A stretch of DNA of 33,400 nt from a virus (lineage: Duplodnaviria; Caudoviricetes). The notes beneath the pieces were generated by a model. The model was not told where the DNA came from, did not search any database, and was given only the letters and a program-made list of their open reading frames with translations. The translations under genes and the position numbers were made by a program. Below, piece after piece: positions 9,101 to 18,061 of this stretch. Location of the stretch: positions 1-33,400 of the IMG/VR virus record IMGVR_UViG_3300044676_006230; one strand, written 5' to 3'. Numbering within the stretch: the stretch's first letter is position 1; each line of letters starts with the position of its first letter.

Positions 9101-12100
9101 TCATTCGATCGTTAGTGATCTTATCAATTAACTTCTTACGAAAGTTTGCAATAGAACTAGTCTGACCTTCTTCAACAAAAAGCCGAAGCTGTTGTTGTTC
9201 AGACGGCTTAACTAATCCACGAGATCTTCCAGACTTTACAAGGAAAGATGTTGGTTTTTTACCAAGCTCTCGCTCAATAGCGATGCGCTGCAAAGCACGA
9301 GCACCGTCTTCTGTTTGCAATTGCTGCAAACGTTTTTCGTTAAACTTAATCCCTGAAAGATTAAGGTCTGGGTATTGAATGTTAACATCTTCCCAAAGAC
9401 CTGTCTCTTCGTTGAGCATGTTAACTTTAGTTTGCTCGGGTTGAGATGCCGCAGAATCCTCAAGGCGACGTTCTGTTTTTGCAATCTCTGCCGTAGGCTT
9501 ACGAGGTTCGCTTAAGGGGCTTTGCATCTCTTGCCTGGTAGGCTGGTCAGCAGCAGCAATCTTAAACGTTTCCTTGCGCCCCTCAGCGTCTCCTGGGCGT
9601 GTAACCGATGCGTCTTTTGTCCTTAGTGTTGTAGCAGGCAGCTTGCCTTGAGCTAATTCAAACAGCGGGCCGTCGGTAATTAGGTCGCCAGTAGGAGAAA
9701 AGCTTCCTTCAATCCCCTCTTTCCTGAGCGCATTGTCAATATCTCGTTGAGTAAACCTGTCCCTAAAAAGCCGAAGAGTGTTTTTCATCTTGCGGTTGTC
9801 TTGATTGAAACCGTTTTCTTCTATCATGTATGCTTGGTTGGCTTGCTCTTTGAGGCTTTCCTTCATCTCCGCATAGAACTGTGCAGCCTCTACTGGGTTA
9901 ACAGTTCTTTTTCCTGATGCGCCTTGGCCCTGATCTAAAAGAGCAGCAACAGTTTCGTCTGCAAACTGTACTGTTAACTCATTAATGTTGTCTGCAATCT
10001 GGCGCTCGGTATCTACAGGCACATTGTTTCGGTAGCGAAACTCTTCAATTACTGTTCGCTCAGCAATATCAATTGATTCAAGATAATGATTTGTAATGTT
10101 TTCAATATTAAGATCAGTTTGAGGAGCCCCTCGTTTTCGTATCTCTTCACGAATTGCTCTTGGTGTAATAGCCTCTCGAGCTTCTTCTGCGGCTTGACGA
10201 ACAAACGCAGCTCGTCGCTCAAAGTCTCTTCGGAAGCCTTCGGCCTCTGTAATGGCTTCAAGGTCTTTGTTGCCGACTCGGACAGTTGTTACTTCTCGCT
10301 CTGGCATTGCTACTTCATCGGCGGCAATGGGGCTCTCCATGGCGCTAACCTCCCTTGAGGGAGGTTGCGCCTCTGCTTCTTCAATAGCTCTATTAACTTC
10401 TGCAAGCTGATCTAAAGCCTCGACCCTATCAACAGCAAGGGAGGTCCGTTCTGTTTCGTCTGGTTTAGGATAGTATTGCTTTTCTGCCTCCGTAACTCCG
10501 AACCTGTCTTCCTTGCGAGAAAGGGGTACAGATGCAGGGCTTGTGCTTTCTTCTGCGCCTAGCAGGGCTTCGATCTCTTGAAGTCGAGAAGTAAGATTAG
10601 CTTTCTGATCAAGCAACTCTTGAGGAACCTTAGCCGGCCTACCAATTTTAATTGCTTGTCCTGGTTTTCTCGTGCGACGCCTTCCTTCTCTTGGCGTTAG
10701 CTCTCGCTCTCGAACCAGGCGGGCATCAACCATAGGGCCAAATTCACCAAAGCTTACACGATCAGCCTGATCAAGCGGTTGCGCTTCAGAGTAAGCACGC
10801 CCAGTAACTTCCCGAGCTTCTGCCGGGATTTCCATTCCAGCTACTTCGTTAAGATCAAGCGCTCGAGGAGGAAGGCCCTTAGCTCGCTGGTTCATATAAG
10901 AAACAAGCTCAGCATAAACATCTTCTGAAAACTGACCCTGCATAGCTTCTGCAAAGTCACGCATTCCCTGTTGAACAACACGCTCATCAACATTGTCTAG
11001 CTGCTGTAGTTTTCCAGAGCGAGTAAAGTACTGACGAAGTTTTCTATGGGCGTTTAAAGCTTTTGGGCTGGCCTTAAGAAGGGCGCCATAACCAATACGA
11101 CTTAATCCGCTTGCACCAACAAGGGCTGAAGCAGCACCAAGGTTATAAAAAGGAAGACCGGTAATACTCCAGAACCCTAAGTCTTTAATTGCTGCACGGG
11201 TAACGTCGCCTACAGTTCTTAGTTGGCGATCTGAACCAGGCCGAAGTTTGTCAGGGGTAAAATCAATAGGCCCTTCAGGGTCTACTTTAATTCCTCGCTG
11301 GTCAGGCATATCAATATCGCCACGACCAACTTTTTCATCTTTCCTAATAAAAGACGGCAGTTCTATTTCGTCTAGTTTACGAGCCGCACTTTTAATTGGC
11401 GCAGTAACAGGGTCTACTGTTTTTGCTTTGACTTTTCCTACGGCATCAAGGGTTGCATTAAACGCTTTAGCAAAACGACTGTCTTGTTTTTTAAGTACAT
11501 CAAGCTGCTGAGCCACAGGCTTAGTTAAGTAACCACCTTTAGCAGCCTTAGCTAAGTTCCACATCGTAGGCGCAATAGTACCCAAAAGAATAAGAGGCTT
11601 ACGAGCAACTCGTAGCTCACCTGTTTCAGGATCTTTTTGAAGGCTAGCAGTAATCCCGCCAGCTAAACCGGAAGTAAAAGACTCACCTAGCTCCTTACCA
11701 AACTGCCGATCGGTTTGATCTACAGGGTCTGAGATTCCAGACATAGTAAGAAGAACTTGATAGGTTCCCTCACCCATTAACTTTACGTCTTCAATCCAGT
11801 TTGCAACACCGCCCGCAAAACCACCGCTTTTATCTAGGCGATCCCATTCATCAACGTATGCTTTAAAGTCCCGAACAAAGCCGCCATCTTCAGGGTACTC
11901 TGCAATCTGCTGGAGCTTTTCTACTTCCCTTGTCGAGTTAACTAACTGCCGGTAAGAGTTAACTTTCTGACGAAAGATCTGCTCATCAATAACAGCATCA
12001 GGGCCAATGCTTTGCCGCAGTTCTTCTGCTACTTGACTGTAAGGAGTCTTAGACCATCGCTCATAAGTATCCCAAAATTCTGGTGATGACTTATAAATAG

Positions 12101-12590
12101 GAGAGTCTTGCCAGGTTGCGTTGCCATACTTCTTTTCGCCCGAAGGCAACTCAGTTTCTTCAACCCCTGCGTTAGCAGGGATACCAAGATTTTTGTATGT
12201 AGCCGGCAAGTCAGGGTTCATGCTTGAGACCCACGAGGTTAAATCAACACGCCTCATGCTGTTTGCGCGTTGCCTTGCCCAGTTTGGGTCGCCGCTTACG
12301 TCTTTGTTTTTTTGCTGCCAGTAAGTTTCCCAGTCAGACATTAGCGGATTGTCACGCATCCGTTTAGCAATAGCCCCTGGCGTTACAATGCCAAGCTCAG
12401 AGCCAATACCAAGACGCCTTGCTACGCTACCCGCTGTCGCTTCTGTCGCACCCTCAATAGCACCAACAGCTATTGTATCAGTAGCCATATCAGCTACAGC
12501 TTGAGCTTTTTGTAGTTGCTCTTCGGATTCTTTTTCTCGAGCAGCTACATCAAAGTTAACGTCGGCAGTAGTCGTGTCGCGAAAGACCAT
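3198..12590 (-). CDS. Giant internal virion / DNA-ejection protein (3130 aa)
   Basis: Uninterrupted 9.4 kb ORF, last of three genes after the tail block. Helical, charged composition. C-terminal region (KAGLT...TQLGNIVGN; FNYRNVPRFIEMVR...FISFPY) resembles large podophage ejection proteins. Confidence 0.75.
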   Translation of the reverse strand: MVFRDTTTADVNFDVAAREKESEEQLQKAQAVADMATDTIAVGAIEGATEATAGSVARRLGIGSELGIVTPGAIAKRMRDNPLMSDWETYWQQKNKDVSGDPNWARQRANSMRRVDLTSWVSSMNPDLPATYKNLGIPANAGVEETELPSGEKKYGNATWQDSPIYKSSPEFWDTYERWSKTPYSQVAEELRQSIGPDAVIDEQIFRQKVNSYRQLVNSTREVEKLQQIAEYPEDGGFVRDFKAYVDEWDRLDKSGGFAGGVANWIEDVKLMGEGTYQVLLTMSGISDPVDQTDRQFGKELGESFTSGLAGGITASLQKDPETGELRVARKPLILLGTIAPTMWNLAKAAKGGYLTKPVAQQLDVLKKQDSRFAKAFNATLDAVGKVKAKTVDPVTAPIKSAARKLDEIELPSFIRKDEKVGRGDIDMPDQRGIKVDPEGPIDFTPDKLRPGSDRQLRTVGDVTRAAIKDLGFWSITGLPFYNLGAASALVGASGLSRIGYGALLKASPKALNAHRKLRQYFTRSGKLQQLDNVDERVVQQGMRDFAEAMQGQFSEDVYAELVSYMNQRAKGLPPRALDLNEVAGMEIPAEAREVTGRAYSEAQPLDQADRVSFGEFGPMVDARLVRERELTPREGRRRTRKPGQAIKIGRPAKVPQELLDQKANLTSRLQEIEALLGAEESTSPASVPLSRKEDRFGVTEAEKQYYPKPDETERTSLAVDRVEALDQLAEVNRAIEEAEAQPPSREVSAMESPIAADEVAMPEREVTTVRVGNKDLEAITEAEGFRRDFERRAAFVRQAAEEAREAITPRAIREEIRKRGAPQTDLNIENITNHYLESIDIAERTVIEEFRYRNNVPVDTERQIADNINELTVQFADETVAALLDQGQGASGKRTVNPVEAAQFYAEMKESLKEQANQAYMIEENGFNQDNRKMKNTLRLFRDRFTQRDIDNALRKEGIEGSFSPTGDLITDGPLFELAQGKLPATTLRTKDASVTRPGDAEGRKETFKIAAADQPTRQEMQSPLSEPRKPTAEIAKTERRLEDSAASQPEQTKVNMLNEETGLWEDVNIQYPDLNLSGIKFNEKRLQQLQTEDGARALQRIAIERELGKKPTSFLVKSGRSRGLVKPSEQQQLRLFVEEGQTSSIANFRKKLIDKITNDRMKEDTGRLSFVRKLAKMTSPELDELAAKQSPAISFKKTKARPAIRKNADKVQHILTVLKRRKDKGVPEAQQKLDGLIRRRDELESQIRQSNRRPIKGFEDEGSPRSFEQVERSVDRAELAEVNENIRRARSELNNAQVRDRTIRLRDTERGSKQQRDSQEKLEKARKEVKDLTEQQVLEELQQYDPKTEEAYRLKKTQRQGATEPALSVTVPGPDGESVTYGFSGTRDVPTAKEALARFKASGAKQSKPSFKFKKSTQEVLANKLLAKYEKRLKKEQPQADAPTDSVIGYDSKIEAALSQMTQAVPGKGPVASIVRMLRKYIETEGGQKADFNVDRLNKALVSLEKTKKGESPVQLKQFDKRPKKTKAEEPAKKAKAEEPKAETKPKKSGDEKNLDKLKSRVDSMYDAVINQVRSARPDYKQINRALIPISSVYGQVARLQLPLDVKRPLLEKLRDVSQQIADSRRSNTFSAKFETISDELQALVEGEIVPELMSVSRGTFSVIQEAFTNKKTGIFTKLDKAVAELKANYEASTDAGRPKTAQAYANALDDRVSILARSIEELEEGSVHSIADRALGIREDGRFDRFDEYGPNMFMRKTAGQERSVQMAKDPQKGALARSFGLSRLDGNYYLDSDWYRSRSEKPREAVDAAIAAEVVFRDMQKTRRLLETKLAEAQQVNAKTPGTREYFAAQAADVITNPVAKMPKDVEKTFKKEIYKLQQKVDNNETIPIRKTLLEINESDLSPAEKYALYRQVNAMHLMQESHGPGIVKSTGETRIEAKERAFMNSPIVTNASMIIDADGTKRPSKRMVVRLVRPWSRGFDAKMLRYTKKMEKLGRSEMERNAFVANVMELFNQGNSLLMSPAFRKHVSNNVAKNISDQLVAAYATDALGKKRKGLSNTEMQTLENNITEFLAEYALPFSGAPPAARFSKGTVNASRMLASMPTKFEFMSGDVTLATADLISIIEKSFDEIKSEQTKLLIMQDAARNLSGRLQSQAKASAFVSMNNNEMDRFKVAYSDTPLEALAKYTYRTVFRNEARPMSLVYALAEEPMSTKIVYVDKGKILDSHSGKFDEFVDAIQQNYHDDLQEIFKDKYNESYAVVTPEVVERHNAKHKTAYTPRLTKDQIESAFGGLDSISQSSPVGTFIRDMEENTFSLNNMSKELKTKSDNPLLALLEKIGQPERSQASALQKEIQEAMPLTSRIYTELSKDLGVTDSPNILDSQIEVSPQGLSTDRIFSIPMNKGFLESVAWDAKLSRDMQSMMGKSTSIMKAGLTVRSAVTQLGNIVGNSLAIGMTTGEDMASLGLRIARTERLFYAHAKNPDGFLGAAQKLKLSKETRDIVEAVESISANTALDAMDSFNVEIGTAAQRSVNRAQLGIEKSRAGEIGVNVFDAAVSAPKSVMKLQDFMYKHGDAAPRRAEVLREYLEGRQMLEAMEPGSAMAFRVSRKGYTTFYKDNKGIYQLSKQGKKTYSDLKSKGVDDFTSKVLASHAVQKVSGRIFNYRNVPRFIEMVRSGGFGALGSLFFSQFISFPYLAVDGFGKKGLAASTIFEPFFDNDVITNSKKVMLNRSYNQTLRGVRRGMVMTAFQSMRYPESEALQEDSKFRRDANTMGAVLPSKSEKPGFYRYFSWSNANGYDTTISLLNYALGMQAWLASEADKVFGGKGDSLNEFGKTMLAQVAAKERGQTRELLDLMTFGGSVLGSFLVDYNKDFGHGSTQQRFLATVFGKDQSRFFNALLTKHTDMSPSSDESVYKPIMQERLASEQEGQWKDMTAEEKSKLLNDNFWPIIFNLRLREKRIIDPRKVSQEVRNKAIDTFTKGLEDTLYEGVTEASGLDVPRAFAADPLKPKLMTARDEEEKNELDELKSVIKAHLTDPQGGIVTALQNYYEAIDTYDTRQKAYKKAVKSDEKESRLKARRAGIEAAREKVKTTRETAQAARRRAAAVKIEVDREKKAINRRAKVRNR

Positions 12591-12593
12591 AAG

Positions 12594-14288
12594 CTATTGT
12601 CCAAATAATTTTTTACGAGCAGCTTTAACAGAAGCTGTGTTGCTCTTACCTTCAGAGATGCCTTGCGTAACAGCCTGAATCCATCTTGCTCTTGAGATTT
12701 TATTCTTTTTCATTTGCCGCCTAATGCCCTGCTGAGCCAGCGCTGCTCGAGCAACTTTTTGGCCCTTTTCAGTATTAGAAGTCTTTTTCTTTTTAGCTGC
12801 TTGCTCTCGAGAGCTTGCTTGCGTTCTCTGCCGACGACGAACGGGTCGAGGAGCAGGGCGAGGAAGGGAGCGGCTTTCTTCTCTTGGCTCTGACAAAAAG
12901 GAGCCTCGATCTCGGCGCTCGCCTGTCGCTTGTTCGACTAGCCTGTTTTGTATTCCGGTTTGAGCCCCGCTCATCATTCCCGCTTCTGACGATGGCACGG
13001 GAGTAGACAAAGCAGCAGCAGGTACAACAGGCGCTACCGGAGGAACGGACTGAGCGGCAGGACGCGTCTGAACCATTCCCCCGATAAGCGCTGCTGCGGT
13101 TGCTGCAGCTGCTGCTGCATCGCTTTGAGCCGCAGCAACCTCTTCCTCTGCCGGAACTTCCTCGGGAGGGAAAATTTCCAATGGGTTTGCAGGAGGAGCA
13201 GTCGGAGGTAATTGGGCAGGCGGAGCAGGGGGAACAGGTTGATTTGTGCCGCCTCCGGCTAAGCTCATGCCTCCAGCCGCGGCGCTAGAAAGAGGAGTGC
13301 TTCCAGCGCCTACACCACCACCGCCTGCTCCCCCTCTGTTGCCAGTGTTAACCATTGACCCTGAGGACCCCGGACGACCGTACGAAGGCATTGCTGATCT
13401 TAAACCACGAGCAATAGGGTTGTTAACATCCATTAGCATCCGATCAACTTCACCTAAAGACTCTGGAGTGCCCGCAGAAAAAGCTGTTGAAATTGTTTTA
13501 TAAGCAGTTCTTCCATCAGAAGCGATGCCTTCAAGTTGCCTGACTTGTTCTGGGGTTAGTCGGTTTGCTCTGTTTACAAGTGATTGATAAGTTTGCTGCT
13601 GTTGAGCAATGTAACTTTTATACGCAGCACCATTCAAAGGTAAATTTTGAATTTTCTTAAGCTCGTCTTGAGGTCGGAACCTCATGCCTTGTCCATCTGA
13701 TGTAAATAAACCTTGAGGCAAAAGAGCCGGATCTGGCTCGCCGCTTGATCCTTCTGGAATAGCATTGCGAATAGCAAGCATGAGATTTGCTTGACCCAGT
13801 TGGGTATCTGGATCTCCTCCAGCTTTTAATAAATTCTGTACTGCATCGTATTTAATACGTGGCGGCTTTCTTCCGTCGCCCCCTGTTCCTTTAGGGTAAC
13901 GCATTGGCGACAGCATTCGCTTATACTGAGTTGTTGCTGTCTCCTCTGGGCCACCAGAAAGACGCCTGGTAAGTCTTCCGCTACCTGGTCGGTCATACGC
14001 CTCGCTCATTTGCTGATAGGCGCGCTGCCTTTGAAGGTGGGTCTTTGCTCCAGCTACACGAGCTAATGCTTCGTTATAGGTTGGAGCTTTAGGATCTCTG
14101 TTTTGATAGCGATTAAATTTTGTAACGCCATCAGCAATTGTTCCGCCCACAAGATCAGTAAGGTCTACTGCGGTCTTCACACCTTCGGGTGAAGTCCATT
14201 GATCAAACAGGTTTTGTTTTACAGACTTTTTAAGCTGAGGAGCAACATACTCAGCCCGAAAAACAGAAGGAGGAAGAATGCGTGCCAT
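12594..14288 (-). CDS. Probable internal virion/ejection protein (564 aa) with G/P/A-rich low-complexity region and basic tail
   Basis: Position between the small and giant ejection-type genes, and composition. Confidence 0.6.
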   Translation of the reverse strand: MARILPPSVFRAEYVAPQLKKSVKQNLFDQWTSPEGVKTAVDLTDLVGGTIADGVTKFNRYQNRDPKAPTYNEALARVAGAKTHLQRQRAYQQMSEAYDRPGSGRLTRRLSGGPEETATTQYKRMLSPMRYPKGTGGDGRKPPRIKYDAVQNLLKAGGDPDTQLGQANLMLAIRNAIPEGSSGEPDPALLPQGLFTSDGQGMRFRPQDELKKIQNLPLNGAAYKSYIAQQQQTYQSLVNRANRLTPEQVRQLEGIASDGRTAYKTISTAFSAGTPESLGEVDRMLMDVNNPIARGLRSAMPSYGRPGSSGSMVNTGNRGGAGGGGVGAGSTPLSSAAAGGMSLAGGGTNQPVPPAPPAQLPPTAPPANPLEIFPPEEVPAEEEVAAAQSDAAAAAATAAALIGGMVQTRPAAQSVPPVAPVVPAAALSTPVPSSEAGMMSGAQTGIQNRLVEQATGERRDRGSFLSEPREESRSLPRPAPRPVRRRQRTQASSREQAAKKKKTSNTEKGQKVARAALAQQGIRRQMKKNKISRARWIQAVTQGISEGKSNTASVKAARKKLFGQ

Positions 14289-14296
14289 GTTAAATC

Positions 14297-14977
14297 CTAT
14301 GCGTATTTCGGATACTGTTGTTCTAAAGCGGCTGCAACTTCAGGCTGACTTGCTCTAGCTTTTGCAATTGCGGCACGAACGCCTCTGCGTTTATCACTTT
14401 CAAAGTGATCGCCCAGTGCATTTGTGATTGCTTCAGTTGCTTCCGCATAAGTTGCTGCGTAATCAGATCCTCTTGATCCTGCTTTTGCAGCATACTCGGA
14501 TGCTTCTGCTCTTTGTGCGCTGGCTTTCTGCCGAACGTTGCGAAGCAAGTTAGCATTTGATTGCCGCTGTTCTGTTTGACTAAGAGCGGCTTGTTGCGCC
14601 AAGTCGCCCATTGCAGCAGCGCTGCCTCCACCGCTTCCCATGCCATAGGGATCAACGCTTAAAGCAAAAGCCTGCCCAGTCCTGGTATTGATTGCTTCTA
14701 GGTTTTCAGCGCCTAATCTTTCTTGGTCAAGAACAGCCTGATCAGCAAGACTGGCTCCAAGCATTCTTGCTTCAATAGCCTGTTCTCTTAACCCTGCTCG
14801 TTCTTCGTAGGCATCTCGAGCAAGTTGATTGCCAGCCTGCATTAAATCTTTTTGACGAGCATCATCTGCAAGCCTTTTTAAATAAGCACCAGGACTTTCA
14901 AAGTAGTCTCTGGTCTTATCTCCTTTGGCTATTTCAACTACTGCTGAACCATAATAATCTTTTTTTTCTTTAGCCAT
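14297..14977 (-). CDS. Probable small ejection (pilot-like) protein (226 aa)
   Basis: Ala/Gln-rich helical protein with a GMGSGGGSAAA segment, first of the three-gene block. Confidence 0.55.
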   Translation of the reverse strand: MAKEKKDYYGSAVVEIAKGDKTRDYFESPGAYLKRLADDARQKDLMQAGNQLARDAYEERAGLREQAIEARMLGASLADQAVLDQERLGAENLEAINTRTGQAFALSVDPYGMGSGGGSAAAMGDLAQQAALSQTEQRQSNANLLRNVRQKASAQRAEASEYAAKAGSRGSDYAATYAEATEAITNALGDHFESDKRRGVRAAIAKARASQPEVAAALEQQYPKYA

Positions 14978-14980
14978 TGT

Positions 14981-16540
14981 TTACCTCAAAAACTTTTTGC
15001 AGATTAAATAAACCCAGCACCCTCGGTAGCCAACAATAACTTCCTTAGGAGATGTGCTCCAGGTATCAACATCACTAACAGTATCGAATATTTTCCAGCG
15101 AATATCGAGCACTTGTTCTGCGCCAGATGTAACAGGAAAAACTCGAGGCAACACATTAGACATGCCTTGCGCTGCAAACATTGGTTTGCCCTGGGCCTTA
15201 TAGCCAACTCCTGCCCCCGATGGGCCAGTAACAATAGGGCAACTTAGTAAGTCCCATGCGTACCCAGTATGTCGACCACTGGTGTTGTTGTGAGTAAAGT
15301 CGCCACGATCAATTAAGTAGTTTCCAATTGTAGTTGGTGTCCAGGATGCGTGAGCAACTTGTTTAACTTCAACATTGTCAGCACGAACGCCGGACAAAAG
15401 ACCAATACCCACTTCGTGGGTAAGGTCTTTGCCAACCCCGGCAGTACTTGGCCTAGAGTATTCACCGCCTGCTGGCCCAGAATAATTAACAGCTAAGACA
15501 ACGTGCTCAATAGAAAGCGGATGCTGTAATGCAACTTGTGCTCTATCCATTGTTTTAAAGTTGCCAGCACCTGTTCCTGCCCAGGGCATAGAAGCCGCAG
15601 TCTGAAAAGAGGTATCAGCGCTACCAGCAGACAACCCTCCGTAAACAGTTCCCCATCCGCCAAACATAGGAACAGCAATAACCTCATACCCAGCATCAAA
15701 GCGCAGGTTTTCAGCGTAAGCAGACTGACCAGACCTAGAGTAACCACCAACTAATTTGTTTTGGATAACGGCATCAGCAACCTTAAACCCTGTGTTTACT
15801 CCATCGTTTGTATCAGCTTCAATTGTGCTGTTGCTTGCAGGCACAACTGCGGCCTGAGGAACGTAGTTACCGCCAGCTTCGTCTGTGTTGTTCTGAGTGC
15901 TGACTCCTGCTCCACGCAAACCCAAAGATGTTTTAAACTTTAAGCTTACGCAAAAAGAATAGAACCCTCGGTTGTCTGTTTGTGGCCTAATCTGAAGTAA
16001 GTAAGATTTTTTGTGCGTAAAAGAAATGCCCATGCCCGATTGGACAAAAGGATTTGATCGAGAAAAATCGTTAGTTAAAGCAATCTCAGGCACAGAAACG
16101 CTATAGGTTTCTGTCTTAAAGCCATCAAAAGTAGATGCATCAATGTCGTGCTCTTTAATAAACAAATCAAAAGCAGCAGCTTCACCAGCATTAATAACAG
16201 GAGTTGCTGCGTCAGGACCTGAAATATAAGCAGGCTCAGCCCGAGTATCTTGGCTAACTGACACTTCGACAAGTTGGTACTCAGGGATCAAATAGTCTTT
16301 AAGCTCGAAGCTGTCTTGCAAAGCAGGCAGGACAAAAGGAGCCGTTGTGTTTCCGTCGCCAAAGGTCCGAGCATCAGTCCACGAAAAGTAAAACGTTAAA
16401 CGAAAGGTTCCGTTTTCTTTGTCGTAGTTCTCAATTGGCAGACCAGATTTAGTAAGCAAATCGATCGCAGAGTTTAACGGATCATAAACATGATCCCGCA
16501 AGAGCTTAATGCCACGAGTTAATCGTTTAAAGTTAGTCAC
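14981..16540 (-). CDS. Virion structural/tail protein (519 aa)
   Basis: Beta-rich G/S/T/A composition, within the tail block, GTG start overlapping the upstream stop. Confidence 0.6.
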   Translation of the reverse strand: MTNFKRLTRGIKLLRDHVYDPLNSAIDLLTKSGLPIENYDKENGTFRLTFYFSWTDARTFGDGNTTAPFVLPALQDSFELKDYLIPEYQLVEVSVSQDTRAEPAYISGPDAATPVINAGEAAAFDLFIKEHDIDASTFDGFKTETYSVSVPEIALTNDFSRSNPFVQSGMGISFTHKKSYLLQIRPQTDNRGFYSFCVSLKFKTSLGLRGAGVSTQNNTDEAGGNYVPQAAVVPASNSTIEADTNDGVNTGFKVADAVIQNKLVGGYSRSGQSAYAENLRFDAGYEVIAVPMFGGWGTVYGGLSAGSADTSFQTAASMPWAGTGAGNFKTMDRAQVALQHPLSIEHVVLAVNYSGPAGGEYSRPSTAGVGKDLTHEVGIGLLSGVRADNVEVKQVAHASWTPTTIGNYLIDRGDFTHNNTSGRHTGYAWDLLSCPIVTGPSGAGVGYKAQGKPMFAAQGMSNVLPRVFPVTSGAEQVLDIRWKIFDTVSDVDTWSTSPKEVIVGYRGCWVYLICKKFLR

Positions 16541-17414
16541 GCTCTAACCTTTCGAGAAAAGTTAAAGTCATGGTCGGAACAAAGGTGCGCCAAGGAGTAA
16601 GACCCCAGGGAGCATAGCCCGCTCCGCTATTGTAATCATGCGGAATCAAAAGAGAAAAACGAACTCTAGACCCAGGAGGCACAGGAATGTTTAGGTTTTC
16701 TTCCTGGATAAATAACGAAGTCCCACCTGCTGCTCCTGAAACTGAAGCGACAGTAGGGTTAATATCCGTGCCTAAAGAAAACGCTAATCCAGGCGCAGTC
16801 ATTTGAGCGTGAAGCGCACTAAAATTATACTTGTGATAAAGCACCGAGTTTAAAATCTGAAGGCTTGGGATAAAAGGATTATCCATTGAGACCTGCAAGT
16901 GAATGTCATCGACAGGCGCATTGGGTGTTTTGTTTGGCGGCTGAGCCGAATTATACTCAAAAGTATTGACGTACTCAGAGCCATACACAGCCATGTTTAA
17001 ATCAATAGCATCAATTACCATCGGCTCATCGCCCACAGCAAAAGAAGTAGTCCACGCTGTTTGCAGACTATTTGCCGTACCAAATGCATCTTGCCACGGA
17101 AGTTTGTTTCCTTTGAAGCGATAAGCATTTGTAATTTTAGAGCCGGCAACCTGCCCATTGTAAACAGGCAAGTAAGGAGCAAAGTTTGAATTACCAACAA
17201 TGCCGGTACTGGCTGCTAGATTTGTATCCGCCTCAGCAGTAAACGGAAGGTATCTTAAAACCGCCTGGCTTTGCAGCCAGCGGGTTTTAAGATCCCCATC
17301 AGGCACATCGTTAATATAATCTTCTAAGTCCTGTAGAGCCTTTTCTAGGCGGTCGCCATCAATGGTTGTTCCGTCAGAAAACTGCTGACCAGTAATCCTT
17401 CTGATTGAGGACAT
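16533..17414 (-). CDS. Virion structural/tail protein (293 aa)
   Basis: N-terminus FSDGTTIDGDRLEKALQDL resembles tail-fibre attachment segments. TAATG coupling. Confidence 0.6.
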   Translation of the reverse strand: MSSIRRITGQQFSDGTTIDGDRLEKALQDLEDYINDVPDGDLKTRWLQSQAVLRYLPFTAEADTNLAASTGIVGNSNFAPYLPVYNGQVAGSKITNAYRFKGNKLPWQDAFGTANSLQTAWTTSFAVGDEPMVIDAIDLNMAVYGSEYVNTFEYNSAQPPNKTPNAPVDDIHLQVSMDNPFIPSLQILNSVLYHKYNFSALHAQMTAPGLAFSLGTDINPTVASVSGAAGGTSLFIQEENLNIPVPPGSRVRFSLLIPHDYNSGAGYAPWGLTPWRTFVPTMTLTFLERLERD

Positions 17415-18061
17415 TATACTTCTCCGCCTAAACGAGTAACCGTTAACCCGTGGTTATGGGTAGTTAGGTTCATGCCGCCGATAACATAAACACCAGGCAG
17501 TGGTCCAAGCGCGGGCGCAGCTGCGGCGTTGCTGTTTTGCACAACGGTTCCTACGCCATTCATGGCGCCCGTAGAATGGCTAGACCGGAACGTGCAGCCT
17601 TGAAACGTGGCGCTACTTCCAGAGTCAACCAGTACAAAGCAATTAGTAATACCGGGACCAGGAGGTTGAACAGGAGCATCATATCGTCTCTGAAATAAAC
17701 AATTAGTAAATAGAACCCTTGAGTTACCGCTGACTCGAACTAGGTGATTTAAATTTGTGTCGTCACCATCTTGCATAAAGACAATGTTGTCCAAGACAGT
17801 ATGAGCACTAACAGTAACAAGGCGATTAACTATCGCCCCTGAAGCACCCTTAAGGGTGCTAAGGGGCGAGTCAAGAGTAAGGCCTTCGTGTTTACCTGAG
17901 CCAATAAGAAAAGTGTTATGGCTTGTAGACGAGCCTTCAAGAGCGTCGCCAGATTCTATCCTAAGGATCTCGCCCTTTAAAAAAAGAGCAATGATATTGT
18001 TTAGCTGTTCTTCTGCTGTGGTCCCTAAAGACTCTATGTCAGAATAACTAAACTTACTCAT
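17414..18061 (-). CDS. Short right-handed beta-helix (pectin-lyase-like) tail protein (215 aa)
   Basis: Periodic rungs VLDNIVF, VLFTNCLF and ATFQGCTF. Confidence 0.6.
   Translation of the reverse strand: MSKFSYSDIESLGTTAEEQLNNIIALFLKGEILRIESGDALEGSSTSHNTFLIGSGKHEGLTLDSPLSTLKGASGAIVNRLVTVSAHTVLDNIVFMQDGDDTNLNHLVRVSGNSRVLFTNCLFQRRYDAPVQPPGPGITNCFVLVDSGSSATFQGCTFRSSHSTGAMNGVGTVVQNSNAAAAPALGPLPGVYVIGGMNLTTHNHGLTVTRLGGEV

Noticed and set aside
3198-12590. Virion RNA polymerase (N4- or crAss-like) explanation for the giant protein and the hairpins
   Set aside because: No DxDGD/DFDID motif or T7-type A/B/C motifs found by eye; the closest is DADGT. Left open only for structural search.
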